Shown piece by piece: positions 13,401 to 27,782 of a DNA stretch of 64,000 nucleotides (its first letter is position 1; the number at the start of each line of letters is the position of its first letter). The notes under the pieces were generated by a model. It was not told where the DNA came from. It saw only the letters and a list, made by a program, of their open reading frames with translations, and made no database searches. Source of the stretch: Blasia pusilla (Eukaryota); assembly GCA_050084515.1 (NCBI GenBank), contig CM114271.1:49290001-49354000 (forward strand). Direction: 5' to 3'. Both the position numbers and the translations under genes were made by a program.

Positions 13401-14380
13401 CATCGGCTCTGTGCCCATGGGGGGTGGATGAGGGGGATATACTTGCGAAGGCATTATGGATTGTGATGGAGTTCCATCCATGGGTTGCATATGCAAGTAA
13501 ATGGGTGAATAAACTAAACTAGAGACCATTTGATGAGCAAAGATTAGTGAAGTCATAATGACAGGCTTCTACCACTCAATTTATTACATACATATAGAGA
13601 TAGTTGAATATTCCTCCATGTCTACAATTATATTACCGCATCGATTGTATTGGTGGAATTTCGTACACTTCCCTGTTTGGATGGTTCGATTGGACGCTCC
13701 TTTGCTTGAGGCTATTCAAAACAGACATCTCATTGTGAGTTAACACAGTAGTCATAATTCTGAAATCTGAAGAGAGTAGCAAAACAACAAGATGTGAAGA
13801 GAAAGTACCCTCCCATCCTCCAGCCACAAGTCGTCATCCTCTTCAGTCCCCAAGAAGTCCATCTCAAGGAGTGGATTATAATAGGGGTCTTTGGAATCAC
13901 TATCTGAACAATCTTTTGTAATCTCCTCGGGGATTACACTTTGGTTAGTGGTCTTCTCCTCCAACCGTAAGCTGCGTCTTTGTGGAAGGGAAGGACTCCA
14001 AAATGGTAAAGGCTTGCGCTCCTTCACAACCCTTGGAGCAACAAACCTTCAAAATATGATCACACAAATTCGGTCATATTTCCTAATGTACAACCACTAC
14101 ATGAACATGATACACTTGACCAAATAAAGCAAAAGAAAAAGATTATCCAAGATCATACTTACCAATCCTTCAACCCACCAAACAACTCCGCCTCTTTGGC
14201 CTTTCTCTCTTTCACTCTACGATTCCTTTCTTCTTCGTATGGATTAGGAATTTGTTGAACATTATCTATACCATCCCAAGATGAACTGTGATTGGATTCC
14301 ACGTTCTCTTCAGTCATATCAGGTACACCGTTCCAAGCGCCTCCCTCCCTCTGTAGACAACAAGTTAGCAAGAATAACAC
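10483..14380 (-). pseudogene. Multi-exon CACTA TnpA-like gene (Ptta/En/Spm-type segment and Tnp1-like C-terminal domain); exon structure unresolved
   Basis: WNRLVDYWLSEEGKMKAEKMARARAK (12285-12581) and GSGVISG...IPLGVVRVDL...DALGSSMLWP (10483-10719). Confidence 0.7.
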
Positions 14381-14672
14381 CTAACTTGACGGCAATTCGA
14401 GAGTTCTACTTGTTAACGTAGAGTTTCATTCCATTATGCCCAACAACACCAGAATTCACTTACATTAATGCAACAAAAATCAATTATTTGAATCATACCA
14501 AAAAAAAGACAATGATGAGTACCAAAGAAACAACTATGAATTAATCTAATCTGATTCTGAGTTATTAGAGTCTGAATCAACATCTTCTATCATATCGCAT
14601 ACATGGATTATTGGCACATGTTGCACATCTACTCTAGCAGTTTCCATCTCTGCATCACTTAGGACTCTAGCT

Positions 14673-17600
14673 CTAAGGTACTTGCATCTGGTAGATTCCT
14701 GGTTCCATGCATGTGGCATGGAAGGTGGGCAAAACATTACAAGCTCCATCTAGCGACTCTAAGTCATCAAAATAAACTCTCCGAGCTCTAGCTTCCTTCC
14801 TCATCACCACTTTCCATCCTCCACCCTCATCGGCATCTCCATAAAACACTTGTTGCACTTGTGATGGGAAAACAAATGGCTGGTGATCTAATGGCTCGCA
14901 TGACCTCAAGTTGGCCAACAGAAAACCCTCCTTATCTAATCTCATGGATCCTACTCTTGAATCCCAATCTGCTTTAACCCACCGCCCTCGCATTAGTATT
15001 ATGGGTTGTTCTACAACCCCATAATCAAGTAAGAGAATATCAACCAACACCCCAACATATGAGTATAAACAATTCTGGTTGGAACTTTTTTCATCAACAA
15101 ATATTGCACCTATTCCACTATCATAAGTGGAGAAGGATGTCGCACCACTTGGCCCTTCTACCCTGAAGTGGTTTCCGTAGGCTTTCATACTCTTGAATGA
15201 CAATGCCCTACTATTAGGAGGTATAGCTAACGATAGTAGGTGAGCATCAAGATCTTTTGAGTTGTCAATTGCATCTTGTGTAATGGCAAGGCGAATCCAC
15301 TTTTCAAAAGGAATGTCTCTTGAACATGACTGATATTTCCTGTTCAATCACAATGTTAATGGTATTAGTACATTCTTTTGTATTTAATGTGTCAATACCA
15401 AAATAATATACACTTTGAGAGTCCGAACCGTAATTCACATGACTATAACCTTGAAAAGCATATATTGGAGAGTTTTACCTTTGCCAATCAACCATGATCT
15501 CTGTATTATGCAACACATAATGATGTGCTAAGTTGATCATTTCTCGCGAAAGTCGAACTGGAGTGCCCGCACCTTCTAGCTCCTCACCAACGACCCCCTC
15601 TTCCTCCCCATCATCCCACACTCGCGTCCGCACGTCTTCAAACCTTTTCATATACTCAGTCACAAACCCTAATGCCTCGTCCTTCACATACCCTTCTACC
15701 ATGCACCCCTCTGGTCTAGCTTTAGACCGTACATATTTCTTCATGTACCCCATATATCGCTCCATTGATACATCCATCGACATGCTACTGGCCCACACAT
15801 GTCCAATTCTTCTACGACATGAATCAACAAATGTGTCATCACGTCGAAGAAAGATGGAGGGAAATGCATTTCAAATAGACAAAGGGTTATGGCAGTCTCT
15901 TCCAAGAGTTTGTCAAATAAAGCTGGATCATATACCTTTGTACACACCATTCTAAAAATGTCGGATAATCTAATAACCACCATTCTCACGTGGTCCTTCA
16001 GAAGACCACGGATGCAATAAGGAAGGACTTGCTGAATGAAGACATGGTAATCATGTGATTTCATATTGCCCAATTTTCGATTAACCACATGCTTGGAGAG
16101 TTCTCCACAATATCCAGATGGCACTTTCAAGTTTTGAATCCTCGAAAGGAAAGTGTTCAAGTCATGAGGAGATAGACAATAATCGGAAACTGGTTTAAGC
16201 AAAACTTGGGGTTTACTAGGATGGGGTTGCAACCACAAATGGGATCGAATCCCACGGGCCTCCAGATCTCTCCTTACTTTCACAGTATCTTTCACTCCAA
16301 ATAAGGTCTTGACTAGATTCTCAACGATATTCTTCTCAACGTGCATTACATCTAACGTATGGCGTATAAGCAAAGTCTGATTGTATCGTCAAGGAAGCAT
16401 GGACATCTCACAACTTCAACATGATAGCTAATATCCACAATCAAATCAAACAAAAGCTATCCTCCTCTATAGCCACTATTTCATAACATAAAGAATGGAT
16501 AATATAGAGAAGAAGCAGGATACTGGCCAATATGGCAACGAATATAGTATACTCAGCCTTTTCACCCCAGTTCTCTTGTAGGGATCAGTAGGGCCGTCTT
16601 CTCGACCCCCACTCTCATCATATGCATGTTTTTCATTTGCCCATCCAATAATCTCTCTAGAAAGTAGTCTAGGCACGCGTGGTCTAAGTTCTGCACTCCC
16701 GTTGAAATGAGATCCATACATACGGCTCCTCCATGGATGGCTCAATGGGAGATATCGACGATGACAACCGTATATGGGCTTGCCACAAGACTTTGAAAAA
16801 TCAGAATCCACTCGAGGCCCGCATATAGTACATCCTAGTTTTCCACCATGGCTCTGCCCAGCTACAGTTCCGTATGCCGGGTAATCATTTATGGTCCATA
16901 GTAAGGTAGCCCTGAACATGAAGTTCCAACTTCCGCCTACCTTTCGGACGTCATGAAATTCAACCCCTTTCCACATTTCTTGGAACTCTTCCACTAGAGG
17001 AAGCAAGTATGTGTCTATGTTTTTCCCATTTACACTCTCCTTTCCTGGTATGATCAAAGAGAGCATCACAAAGAATTTTTTTGTCTGAAGCCAGGGAGGC
17101 AAGTTATAATTAACAAGAAGCACGGGCCATGTTGACCACGAACTCGACTTGTCTGAAAATGGATTCACTCCGTCCAAAGCTAGCCCAAACCTGCAATTCC
17201 TCTTCTCCTCGGCAAAGTCCGGATATAAGTTGTCCATGTGGCGCCATGCCTTGCAATCAGCTGTATGTCTTACTAAGCCATCCTTGCTCTGATTCAAGGG
17301 GGCCCAAGTAAACAATTCAGACAACGTCTTGCATCTAAACATACGTCTCATCCGAGGTATGACAGGAAAATGCCTTAATACCTTACATGGTACCAACGTT
17401 CTACCCACTTTCCGGAACCTTGGTTTCCCACATAATAGACAGATCTCAGCTTCAGCCAAATCACCCCGGAATAAAACACATCCAGTGACACATGGATACT
17501 TTGTTGTAACCTAAGCCTAGTTTACCAATGAGTTTTTTGCTACATAATAACTTGGTGGCACCAAGTCCCCGCTGGTAGGACCAACTTACAAAGGAGTTTC

Positions 17601-18300
17601 AGAAATTCGTCAATAGCTACATTTGGGACGCCATGGGTGGTTTGAATGTTGAATAGTAACATGACAAAAGCCAAAACAGATGTTTTTGATGTAGGGAACA
17701 AGGGTTTGCAAGCTTTAGCAAGCTCCTCATATTCATCTCCATGATTGAATAGTGGTTCTTCGTTTGATATTCCCGGTTCTGGTAATTCATCAGATGGGAG
17801 AGATGTCTCTTCAGTTTCATCCTCATGTATATGATCGTATTTCTGGAAAATATCATTGAGCATTTTATGAACGTCAATGTGCTCGTCTATATCTGCCATG
17901 GAAGATCTCTCCCTTCCATCCACATGGAAGGTGGGGGCTGACTTCATTGTCTTATCCTCTTGGCTTCTTTTTTCAGCAAGATCATGCATAAGCCACTCCT
18001 CATCTGAAGAGTCCCATCCATCCCTAGATTTCGGCACTCGACAAAGCGCCGAGCGTCCATTTTTCTCAAATGTGCTTCCACCTTGCCGATGGACAACGAG
18101 ACCCACCCTTACTGGTCATTGCACGGACACGCAATCTTTTACAGCCCAAGACACTAGCTCGTGTGCTTTCCCGTTGCCACAACTTGGAATCATGTGCCTT
18201 TACTCTAACCGGGTGGTTCAAATCCATTCTAAGGGATTGAAGTGGATTTCCATAAGCGTGAACATTGAACACATCCAAAACCATGACATCTTGCCTCAAT
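14673..18300 (-). pseudogene. CACTA TnpD-type transposase (Transposase_21, DUF4218, DUF4216) with frameshifts
   Basis: FGLALDGVNPF, WPVLLVNYNLPPW, LLWTINDYPAYG, HTLDVMHVEKN, MKSHDYH, FPPSFFDVMTHL, ERYMG...RPEGCM, PFVFPSQVQQVFY. Frame changes near 17500-17570 and 15770. Confidence 0.95.
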
Positions 18301-19578
18301 AACGAATTCCATAAACCACGGCCGACGAGCTATCATCCGAATGCATACCCACGTGAAGTCAAGACAAGTATGATAAGGCACGTATACCTAACCTGGTTCT
18401 TATCTCGATGGAGATCTCAATCATCACTAACAATCCTCACCGATGCGGTCCAATGCTTCCAACGACATTCCTGAATGACAAATGTAACACACCCAACCTT
18501 TAGATAATGACTCAATCCTTTGATATGTACACTTCATCATGGCCTGGTCTAATAAATGTTTTCAGCGAAGATTTAGACAAACAAACTATAAAGCTAATCG
18601 CTATGAGTGACCATAGTATTTTACCTTACACTCACATCAAATCAACGATCAGTCAGTAGGAAAATCAGTCAGTCAATAGGAAAAGAAACGCAAGACGAGT
18701 GAGGAACACATCAAAAAGCTGAAGCTTCTCGTCAACTTAGTTCTAGAATTTGGAGCGAGCAATCATTGAGAAGTAGAGGTTAGAGATATAGTTGCGCATT
18801 CAAGAGTCAATATCTGGTCTCAATATATCTCCATGCAATTTAAAGTAATTCCTAGTATCTCCTTTATGACTATGTAATGCAGCAAATGCAAGTATGTACT
18901 TTTAGGGAAACGATGTGATGCACAAGCTTATCGAAGGTTCTCTCTGCATTGATTGTTGCAGAGGAGATGGTCAGTGTGGTGCTTGCATGAAGTGGTGATA
19001 CATGGAGGCGATGGAAAAGGCATTGTCCGAAAACAAGAACTTCCTAAACCTACTCAATTCAATATACACTTGCTATGTCTTTGAAGTAGCGAGGAATATT
19101 TCTCTTGTTATAAGCCTATATCAAGCTAACTTAGGTGCTAAACTTATACTATGCAGTGCCTCTTTCCTGTGTTCGGGCGAATTGCTGATAAGCATCATGG
19201 CCACAGGAATATGGACGTACCAATACTATGAATATGGCAACATATCAGCAAAGAGCCACTTTGTTTCAATGCAGTCAGCCAATTATCTCACTCCTTCAGT
19301 CTAGAAATGGGTCCGCATATGAGAATAAAGATGGCAGCATATTCAGAATTTCTCCATCGTGTAATATTGATGGCCTGTGTGGGATGTGATTTACCATGGT
19401 TCCGAAGATGACTTGACTTAATCAGACGCCTTTGTACTGTGTTGTTGGGATGATTTCTACCTGCCTTCAGCAAATATTCAGGGGCAATTATGTCCTTCGT
19501 TACAATAATCATAGACTTATTGCTCGTCAACTTTCAGCATTCAGTCGGACATTTTGCATAATTTCAAGTCATAGTCGG

Positions 19579-19807
<229 letters not shown>

Positions 19808-19946
19808 GAGGGAGGGAATTTTCCTATAGGTCATCGCCGAAATCGTGTAGATGATCAGGAGTCTCATTTTCTGATCGAATATTTACACCTACTCCATCCT
19901 GTCACATCACGTACATCACAACCTCTCCCTTGACAACCGTCTACAT

Positions 19947-20743
19947 ATGTCGATTCATGTGTACAATGTCGATGGCTTACTACTGACAGTCTCAACGCCC
20001 TTGGTTGCTCTTCTTTGCGTCTTTACGTTGCTTTGCTCCTGTCCACCCCCCTCCTCCCCCTTTGTGTCCACTGTGCTCCGCTCTCTCAGCTTCAGTAGCC
20101 TCCCTCTCAAGCGGCATCATTTTGGGAACGTTGAAATGAGGCAATGCAGACCTGCATTTTGAAGAGACATTTGGGATGTAAAACTGCACGTAAATAATTA
20201 CAATGTACCGTATCCAGGCTGAAACAGTGACGGATTCTCTTGGGGTTGCAAAGGATGTCCAAGACTCTTGAGTGATCACAACAAAAAAGCTAGTGTTTCT
20301 CAATCATGGAATGCTCTCGGTAACGCCTTCCTGTTTCTCCAGCTCGTACTATTTCTTCCTTCTCTGAGAATTGTACAGGTCCCTACTTCGCGTCAATTAA
20401 CATGTCGGTTGATAAATTCCGTGTTGATGTTTTGTCCAAGGTTCCGACACAACGTTATCATGGCCCGTCATAAACAACTAATACATATTGGGACCTACTA
20501 GAAAGTGTAGTCCAGCGAGAGGTGCAAGATCGGGGGCAGTTCTAATTTTTGTGGATAGTCCACTTCATAGATCTCTAATCCGTTATCGGCCCTTGAGAGA
20601 TGTGCTCGTTACAGACGCGCACTGTCCCCTTCCCTTCCAGCGAAAGCATAAACCAGCTAGATGCTGGTTATGACGTCTGGATTGGAAACTCTAGGACGAC
20701 CAACTTCAGCAGTGGACACGTCACATTGACAAGAAATGACGAG
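19947..20743 (+). pseudogene. Captured 5' fragment of an acid/triacylglycerol lipase gene (LIP1/MPL1-like alpha/beta hydrolase)
   Basis: AG/GT-bounded exon 20218-20319 reads AETxDGFxLGLQRMSK...KKLVFLNHGMLS with frameshifts. 20657-20743 reads LDAGYDVWIGNSRTTNFSSGHVTLTRNDE followed by GT. A hydrophobic leader-like ORF starts at 19947. Confidence 0.85.
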
Positions 20744-20993
20744 GTTTGAGCTTAAGCTCTCGTAGACCCTCAAGAAAAATTATTTTCATCATACGTTTTA
20801 TATCTGGGTGTCGTTCTGCGGTAGAGTAGAGAGGGAGAGCAAGCAACAGAGAAACCGGACGCTCATGAAGTGTAGATCTTGTCCTTCCCGTTTATCATTT
20901 CGAACTCATCTTCCTCGAATGCCTTTCCTCGTCCATCCTCTACTGTTACGCGGTCGCAGCAACAACATCATCGAGCCACAATCTCATTTCCAC

Positions 20994-21129
<136 letters not shown>

Positions 21130-21799
21130 CAACAAAGAACAAAGAATGGAGAGAGAGATGGCGAATGCATCAAAGAAAGAATGGCTCTAGATGGCGGCCC
21201 TCACCGGAGCTCTGCCTCTCACCATTTCGTCACACCAAAGCAAACAATCCACCACTAACGAGTCCCGACTCAAAAAAAGTTGATCGGCGAGAGGGCAATT
21301 TGCAACCGTCTGTGCACTCACCCGTCAAGTGATTTTGGACGTAGGCTCTATCCCCGATCTTTTCCAACCTTCACACTGTCCTCACCAAAATCTCGCCGCT
21401 TCGACATCAAGATCTTCCCGCCGACAACATACACTTGCGATATTTTTCTCAAGCTTTAGATTACAAGCTCTCTCTTTGGTCGCACCCTCTCTCCTTTCCT
21501 TGTCTTTCTTGTAGTCTATGAGTTACTCAAAACTCTCTCTCATAGCGTTTGTAAAGGAAAAATGCGGGAATGCACTCGGAAGAGGCTGGGGAATGTGCAA
21601 AGTCCGGACTCTTCCTCTTCCGAAGGAGCTACATGAAACGCCGAACGTGGAATCACACGTGATAAGCCGCTAGGACTCAACATGCCACGTCAACCATCGG
21701 AAAAATAGGTACCGAACACTTGCTTCAAATCGGAGTAAGTGTTCATGCGTGTCCATGATTTGTGGGATACAATACATTCCAATAAAAACATTTTTTTCA

Positions 21800-23062
21800 A
21801 TGACATGAAACTACCACAAGAACTCGAAACAATCCTACGCAATGCCCTCCTTCTCCTTCTTGAAACCTCCTTCTCTATCAAGGGTCCAAAAAACAAGAAA
21901 CTTTTCCTAAACACCCACCCCAATCCCAGGAACACACGGAAGAAGAAAAAACTTCAAATGATCACTCACACATTGAATTAAAAATCGTAATCCCTAAATA
22001 AGGACTTTGATTTTTGGTACTAGCAAAGAGGGCTACGGGATAGATCGGAACCGTTGAAATTGTGGAGGCATTAAATAACAAGGCATGTGCCAACTTTCAA
22101 GACCATCCAATGGTTGGAAGAAGAGTCAACACCATAATAACATGAAATTGCAACAACGACTCGAAACAATCCTACTCAATGCCCTCTTCCCCCATCATGA
22201 CAGCTCTTTTTCGACCCTCCCCCCTCAACCAGGGTTCCAAAACCCAAGGAAATTTTCCTACACCTAAATCCCAACCCCAGGAACACAGGGCAAAAGAAAA
22301 AACTTCAAATGACCACTCACACATTGAATTAAAAATCGTAAACCCTAAATAAGGACTTTGATTTTTGGTACTAGCATGGAAGTTTAATGGACAGATCTGA
22401 ACCGTTGAGCGTGTGAAAGAATTTAATGGCAAGGCTTGTGCCAAGTTTCACCACCATCCAATGGTTGGAAGAAGAGTAAACACTATAATAACATGAAATT
22501 GCAACAATGACTTGAGACAATTCTACTCAATGCCATCATCCACTTGCATGACACCTCTTTTTCTACCCTCCCCCCTCAACCAGGAGTCCAAAAAACAAGA
22601 AAAGGTTCCTAGATAGCCACCCCAACCCCACGAACACAGGGCAAAAGAAAAAACTTCAAATGATCACTCACACATTGAATTAAAAATCGTAATCCCTAAA
22701 TAAGGACTTTGATTTTTGGTACTAGCATAGAGGGCTACGGGATAGATCAGAACCGTTGAAATTGTGGAGGCATTAAATAACAAGGCATGTGCCAACTTTC
22801 AAGACCATCCAATGGTTGGAAGAAGAGTCAACACCATAATAACATGAAATTGCAACAACGACTCAAAACAATCCTACTCAATGCCCTCTTCCCCCATCAT
22901 GACAGCTCTTTTTCGACCCTCCCCCCTCAATGAGGGGTCCAGTAAGAGAGAGAATTAATGCAAAGTCTTGTGCTTACTTTTATCACCATCTTTTGGTTGG
23001 ATGAAAAGATATCTCCATGTTAACATGAAAATGACACAAGGACTCTGAATAATCCTACTCAA
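21800..23062. repeat. Subterminal tandem repeat of inner CACTA, ~351-bp unit, about 3.5 copies
   Basis: AACATGAAATTGCAACAA at ~22139, 22490 and 22841; AAAACTTCAAATGA(T/C)CACTCACACATTGAATT at ~21949, 22298 and 22650. Confidence 0.95.
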
Positions 23063-23514
23063 AATGGGAGCATGAAATCATTTAAACATATGAGTCGTTG
23101 CTTATGACTCATCTTTACTAGGCGAGTGAAACAAGTCTGACTCGTCGTGACTAGTGGGTATTGAAAACTTCTTTAGTCATAAGGAGATGACTCAATGAGT
23201 TGTACAACCCTAAATTTTATGACTAAACCATTTAAGTACTAATTTGAGTCATTCTTTTGGTGAGTCATTTAAAGTCTAGTCATAAAAACCACCCATTTCT
23301 TCTAGTGAGGGCAGCCACCGTAAAACGTGAGAGCAACAAAGGCCGAGCGGAAGGAAGGGCATCCGAGGCATAATGCGGGAGCGTGAAGTTCGAGCACAAG
23401 GAAGGGCATCCAAGAGGCATGAAAGTTGGAGCAACGTACGCCGAAATGAAAAAAGGAAGGAAAAAGAAATTAAGGGAAGGAGGGAGGGAGGGAGGGAGGG
23501 TTGGGAACATTTTT

Positions 23515-23695
23515 TGGGTTTGGGGTTTAATTTAGGGTTTAATTCAAGGTTTAATTGATTTGGGTAAAGCTTGGGGTTGAGGGTTTGGAGTAAAGTTTAG
23601 GATTTACTTTGGGGTTAAGGATAAAGTATAGGGTTTAGGGTTTAATATGGACTTGAGGGTGTAGTTTTGGATGTAGAGTTAGTTTAGGGTTTTGT
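23515..23695 (+). repeat. Degenerate TTTAGGG-like tract
   Basis: Several TTTAGGG, TTTGGGG and TTGAGGG variants. Confidence 0.7.
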
Positions 23696-23839
23696 TTATA
23701 ATTCATTTTCTTGATTTCAGTGTGTTGTTTGAAATGGGTCTCCGAAGCAAAAATTCCTTCGGAAAACAAAGATTTCCGCTCTCGGCAAGGAGTCCCATCT
23801 TCTCTGGGTCATTTTAAGATTTTAAGATGACCAAGGATG

Positions 23840-25440
23840 AAGTTCTTCCAAAATCTTGCACCCAAAGGAAGAACTACGGTCTCACAAGGGGTATCTTTGT
23901 TGGTGGTGTTCATATTTCCTTTCGTTCTACCTAAAAACTTTTTGTCACCGGAGCTAAAACTTTGCAAGGATAGCTATAACACCCTTTTAAACCACTTGAA
24001 TATTTAGATCTTCCTTTTCTATCTCCAATTTGGATTTGAAAATATCAATCATTGGAACCATCTTCCATTTATTTCTCCCTCCTTTGAAATGCATTCACCT
24101 AGAAAAAAATCACCAAGCCTCCAACTCTAATTTCACATGCCCTCAAAAAGTTTCAGGTTTTATGAGTAACCAAAACTCCACCGATACCCTCTTATGATGG
24201 AGAGCAATCGTACGTAAAACATCTCCTATGATTTTATATTCCCACCATTGCATGGCCCTAAGATTTTTTTGGCTGATGGGAAACATGCTTTTGAAGAGGA
24301 TGGATGGTTCCGATCTTGCTAATTGGCCACATATCAAGATATAAAAATTTGGATTTCCTCTTTCATTATAAAATTTTTAATTCATCATCCTTCCTTGAAA
24401 TCCTTTGAAAAAAATGATCTAGGCTCTCAGCATTGACTTCCATCACTTTGAAAATTTTCAAAATTTATGGATTACCACGTGTGAAGTTTTGCTAAAATGT
24501 TGTATCAACAAGAAGAACTACAATCTTCCAATATTGATTGTGATTGGTGTTGTTAATAATTACGTTGCTTCTATCTCAAAACTATTTTCCACCATTGGAT
24601 GGAGCTGAAAATCTTCAAGGATAGGTATAAAATCATCTTACCACTTGAACGATTTCGATCTTCTTTTTTCCTCTTGAATTTGGATTTTAAAATACCAATC
24701 ATCGGAACCATCTTCCATTTATTGCTCCATCCTTTGTCATGCATTCATCTTGAAAAAAATCACCAAGCCTCTAACCCTAATTTCACATACCCTCAAAAAG
24801 TTTCAAGCTTTTAAAATTACCAGAACTCCACCGGTACCCTCTTATGATGGAGGGCGATCGTACATAAAACATATCCTATGATTGTATATTCCCACCATTG
24901 GATGGCCCTCAGACTTTTTTGGCTGATGGGAAACATGCTTTTCTAGAGGATGGATGGTTCAGATCTTATCAATTGGCCACATAGCAAGATATATAAATTC
25001 CGATTTTCTCTTTCATTGTGCATTTTTAAATCCGTCATCCTACCTCTAAATCCTCCGAAAAAAAATGATCTAGGCTCTCGGAATTGACTTGCATCACCGT
25101 GAAAAAGTTCAAGATTTATGGATGACCACGGGTGAAGTTTTTCTCAAATGTTGCGTCAAGAGGAAGAACTATAATCTTCCAATATTGATTCTAGTTGATA
25201 TTGTTAATATTTACGTTGGTTCTACCTCAAAACTATTTCCCACCATTGGATGGAGCTGAAAATCTTCGGGGATAGTTATAAAATCATCTTACACCACTTG
25301 AACGGTTCCGAACTTCCTTTTCCCTCTCCAATTTGGATTTAAAAATACCGATCACCGGAACCATCTTCATTTCTTGCTCCCTCCTTGGAAATGCATTCAC
25401 GCTGAAAAAATTCAAAAAGCCTAAAACCCTAATTTCACAT
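23840..25440. repeat. Subterminal tandem repeat of outer CACTA, 651-bp unit, about 2.5 copies
   Basis: GGAGCT(G/A)AAA...GATAG...ACCACTTGAA at 23950, 24601 and 25252. Confidence 0.95.
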
Positions 25441-26440
25441 ATCTTAGGAAATAAATGTTATAGTTCGAGTCATTTTGTGCATAAGTCATTCTAAGTCAAG
25501 TCATTAAAACGGCAGTTTTCTTCTAGTGAAGGGAGTTGATTCTTGCACAACGATGGTTTTATTAACAAGGAAGGCTAGATCAAGCATTGGAGATCACATA
25601 AGACTAGTGAAACTACTTCTCTATAGATTCATAGTTCAATGACATCCAATCACTCAAAAAAGTATAACGGGAGAAGATATAATGGTAGTTGTTGAGATTA
25701 ATCATACTCAAGTACAAAACCACTTACTCAAGCCTAGAATATTTGGGTGTTGTCTCCTATGGCCAATCATGGGAGATCGATTGATTGCAAGCATTCAATT
25801 GGATACCCTAAAAAGGAAAAAAAATTGGCCGTGGAGTTGGGAAGGAAAGCCCAATGGATAGTGACAAAAGTAACCCTTTCAAAATAGTAAAGTTGTCTTG
25901 GATGTATGGAAGGGAACTCCTTGATAATCAATAATATTTTATAGCATTGGAAGTTACCACTCATAGAAGGGGGAAGGACATGTTGAAAGTTATTGATGCC
26001 CATTATTTCAAGGTAGTCCACAGTGCGGCAATCGATAATTGAGTGGGATGGATGGTAGAAGATGGACAGTGGCTACATAATTTTTACATGTAAGGAGATG
26101 ATTTTTCACTTACCAACAAGCATGGAATGCTACCAAATTAACATCCATCCCTATAGATGAAAATTCCAATTTAGAGGGATAAATTTTCCCCAAGTTTTTT
26201 TAACTAAGAGACTGACAAGTATATATTTACACAAAACTAAAAATTTTCTTTAAATTACTCATTGGTTTGTATGTACATGAGTATATACCTAAAGGGATGT
26301 AAATGCAAAGTGAAAATGGAGCTAAATGCTTAATTATTTAAGTAAATAAATTAATTATATAAAAAATAAAATCAACCAATTCATTTATTTTTCCCACTTA
26401 GCAAGGTATTTTTCTATTTTACACTCAAATTTTTTTATAT

Positions 26441-26937
26441 AAATAGAAACAAAGAAAATAGGTAAAAAACCCTAGTTTCTTAAGTAGTCAAATCGTCGGG
26501 AGCCGTAGCAGTAGCACATTCTCATATGTCGAGTTATCTCCATGTTCAGGTTTCATCAAAGCTTTTCTATGAGCGCATGGACAGACTAGCATGGTTACAC
26601 AAAAACGAACAAGTACTTCCTTTGGACGGACAAGTCTGGATATGTCCACGGACAAAGGTTCTAAGAGGTGGGACCCACACTTTTAGTCCATGATTGAAGG
26701 CAAGACAAGGATGAGAACAACCATGAAGGAGGAGGGAGTGGAGGTGGAGGGAGGCAGAAATGGGGGAATATGGAACACGAAGGCAAGTAAGGGCAATGAG
26801 AAAGAAGGGAAACGTAGGGCCTATACAAACAAGTCCTTCCATACGACGGACATAAGTCCATGGACATGGACATGTCCACAGGCACGGACTTTGTCCACAT
26901 GCAACCTTGCAGACTAGGCCACTTTGTATCTTCAAGA
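26441..26937 (+). mobile_element. Fragment of the copia LTR found at 60822-61221, split by a MITE
   Basis: AATAGAAAC...AGTAGTCAAAT(C/A)GTCGGGAGCCG...GGACAGACTAG matches ~61008-61157 and resumes as GCCACTTTGTATC after the MITE. Confidence 0.9.
26590..26909. mobile_element. hAT-type MITE, copy 1
   Basis: Termini CATGGTTACA / TGCAACCTTG with a perfect 8-bp TSD CAGACTAG. Confidence 0.9.
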
Positions 26938-27414
26938 TTTGTTGCATATTTTAATGATTTTGTCACATTCTTTTTTCTAAAACATTCTTGTTTTGCATTT
27001 GGTTTTTGGTTGTGTTAGGCATCGATGCATCCAAACTTGAGAAAAACCATATGCATTAGAAGTATATATGATATATAATGTATGATTGGATAAAATTTTA
27101 TTTAGGGTGGGAGGATCCATTGTAATATTTGTGAAGAAGGTAAAGGTAAGAGTGTCTTTACTAGGGATGGTGATATCAACTTAAAGATAGTGGCCTTCAT
27201 AGATCATGCAAAGTCAAATAAACATATAAATCTTGCTTGGGGAACCAATAAAGGTAAGAAATCTATGGGGAGGGCCATTGCTATATCTAATTGGATCTGT
27301 AAGGTCTCTCTTTTGACTTCATTAGGTGTGTCTACTTTCTTGTGAAGGAGGCCATGACCTTCTCGAAATTCATGGCTCTCTATCAATTGTTGCTTATTGT
27401 GAATGTGCATGTTA

Positions 27415-27782
27415 CAAGGTTGCACGAAAATGGACAAGTCCACACATGCCTGACCCACACCCGAGCCCGCTCCAGAGCCGGCCGTTTAGACCCGAGCTTA
27501 TGGAGCCCGCACCCATTGGTCGGCTTGATCCCCATTGGGCGGCTCACAACCCGCACAGGGTCCGCCCGCAGCATGTATGGCGGGATCAAAGCCTTGCGCG
27601 GGCCTAGTTGTGGGCATGTCGGGGGTCGTGCAACAGGTGCAGACTCCGTTAGCTTAGGTCTACGTGGCGGGCTTTGGGGTAGTCTTGGGTGCGGGCCATA
27701 GGTACCCAAGCCTACACAGACACGTCCGTCCATGGGACGGACATAAGTCTGCGGTCATGGACTTTGTCCGTGTGCAATCCTA
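27415..27782. mobile_element. hAT-type MITE, copy 2 (GC-rich interior)
   Basis: Termini CAAGGTTGCA / TGCAATCCTA with TSD GCATGTTA / GCATGTCA. Confidence 0.85.

Noticed and set aside
18960-19500. Further possible captured exons in the inner CACTA
   Set aside because: Splice-like signals are present but no recognisable protein motif in any frame.
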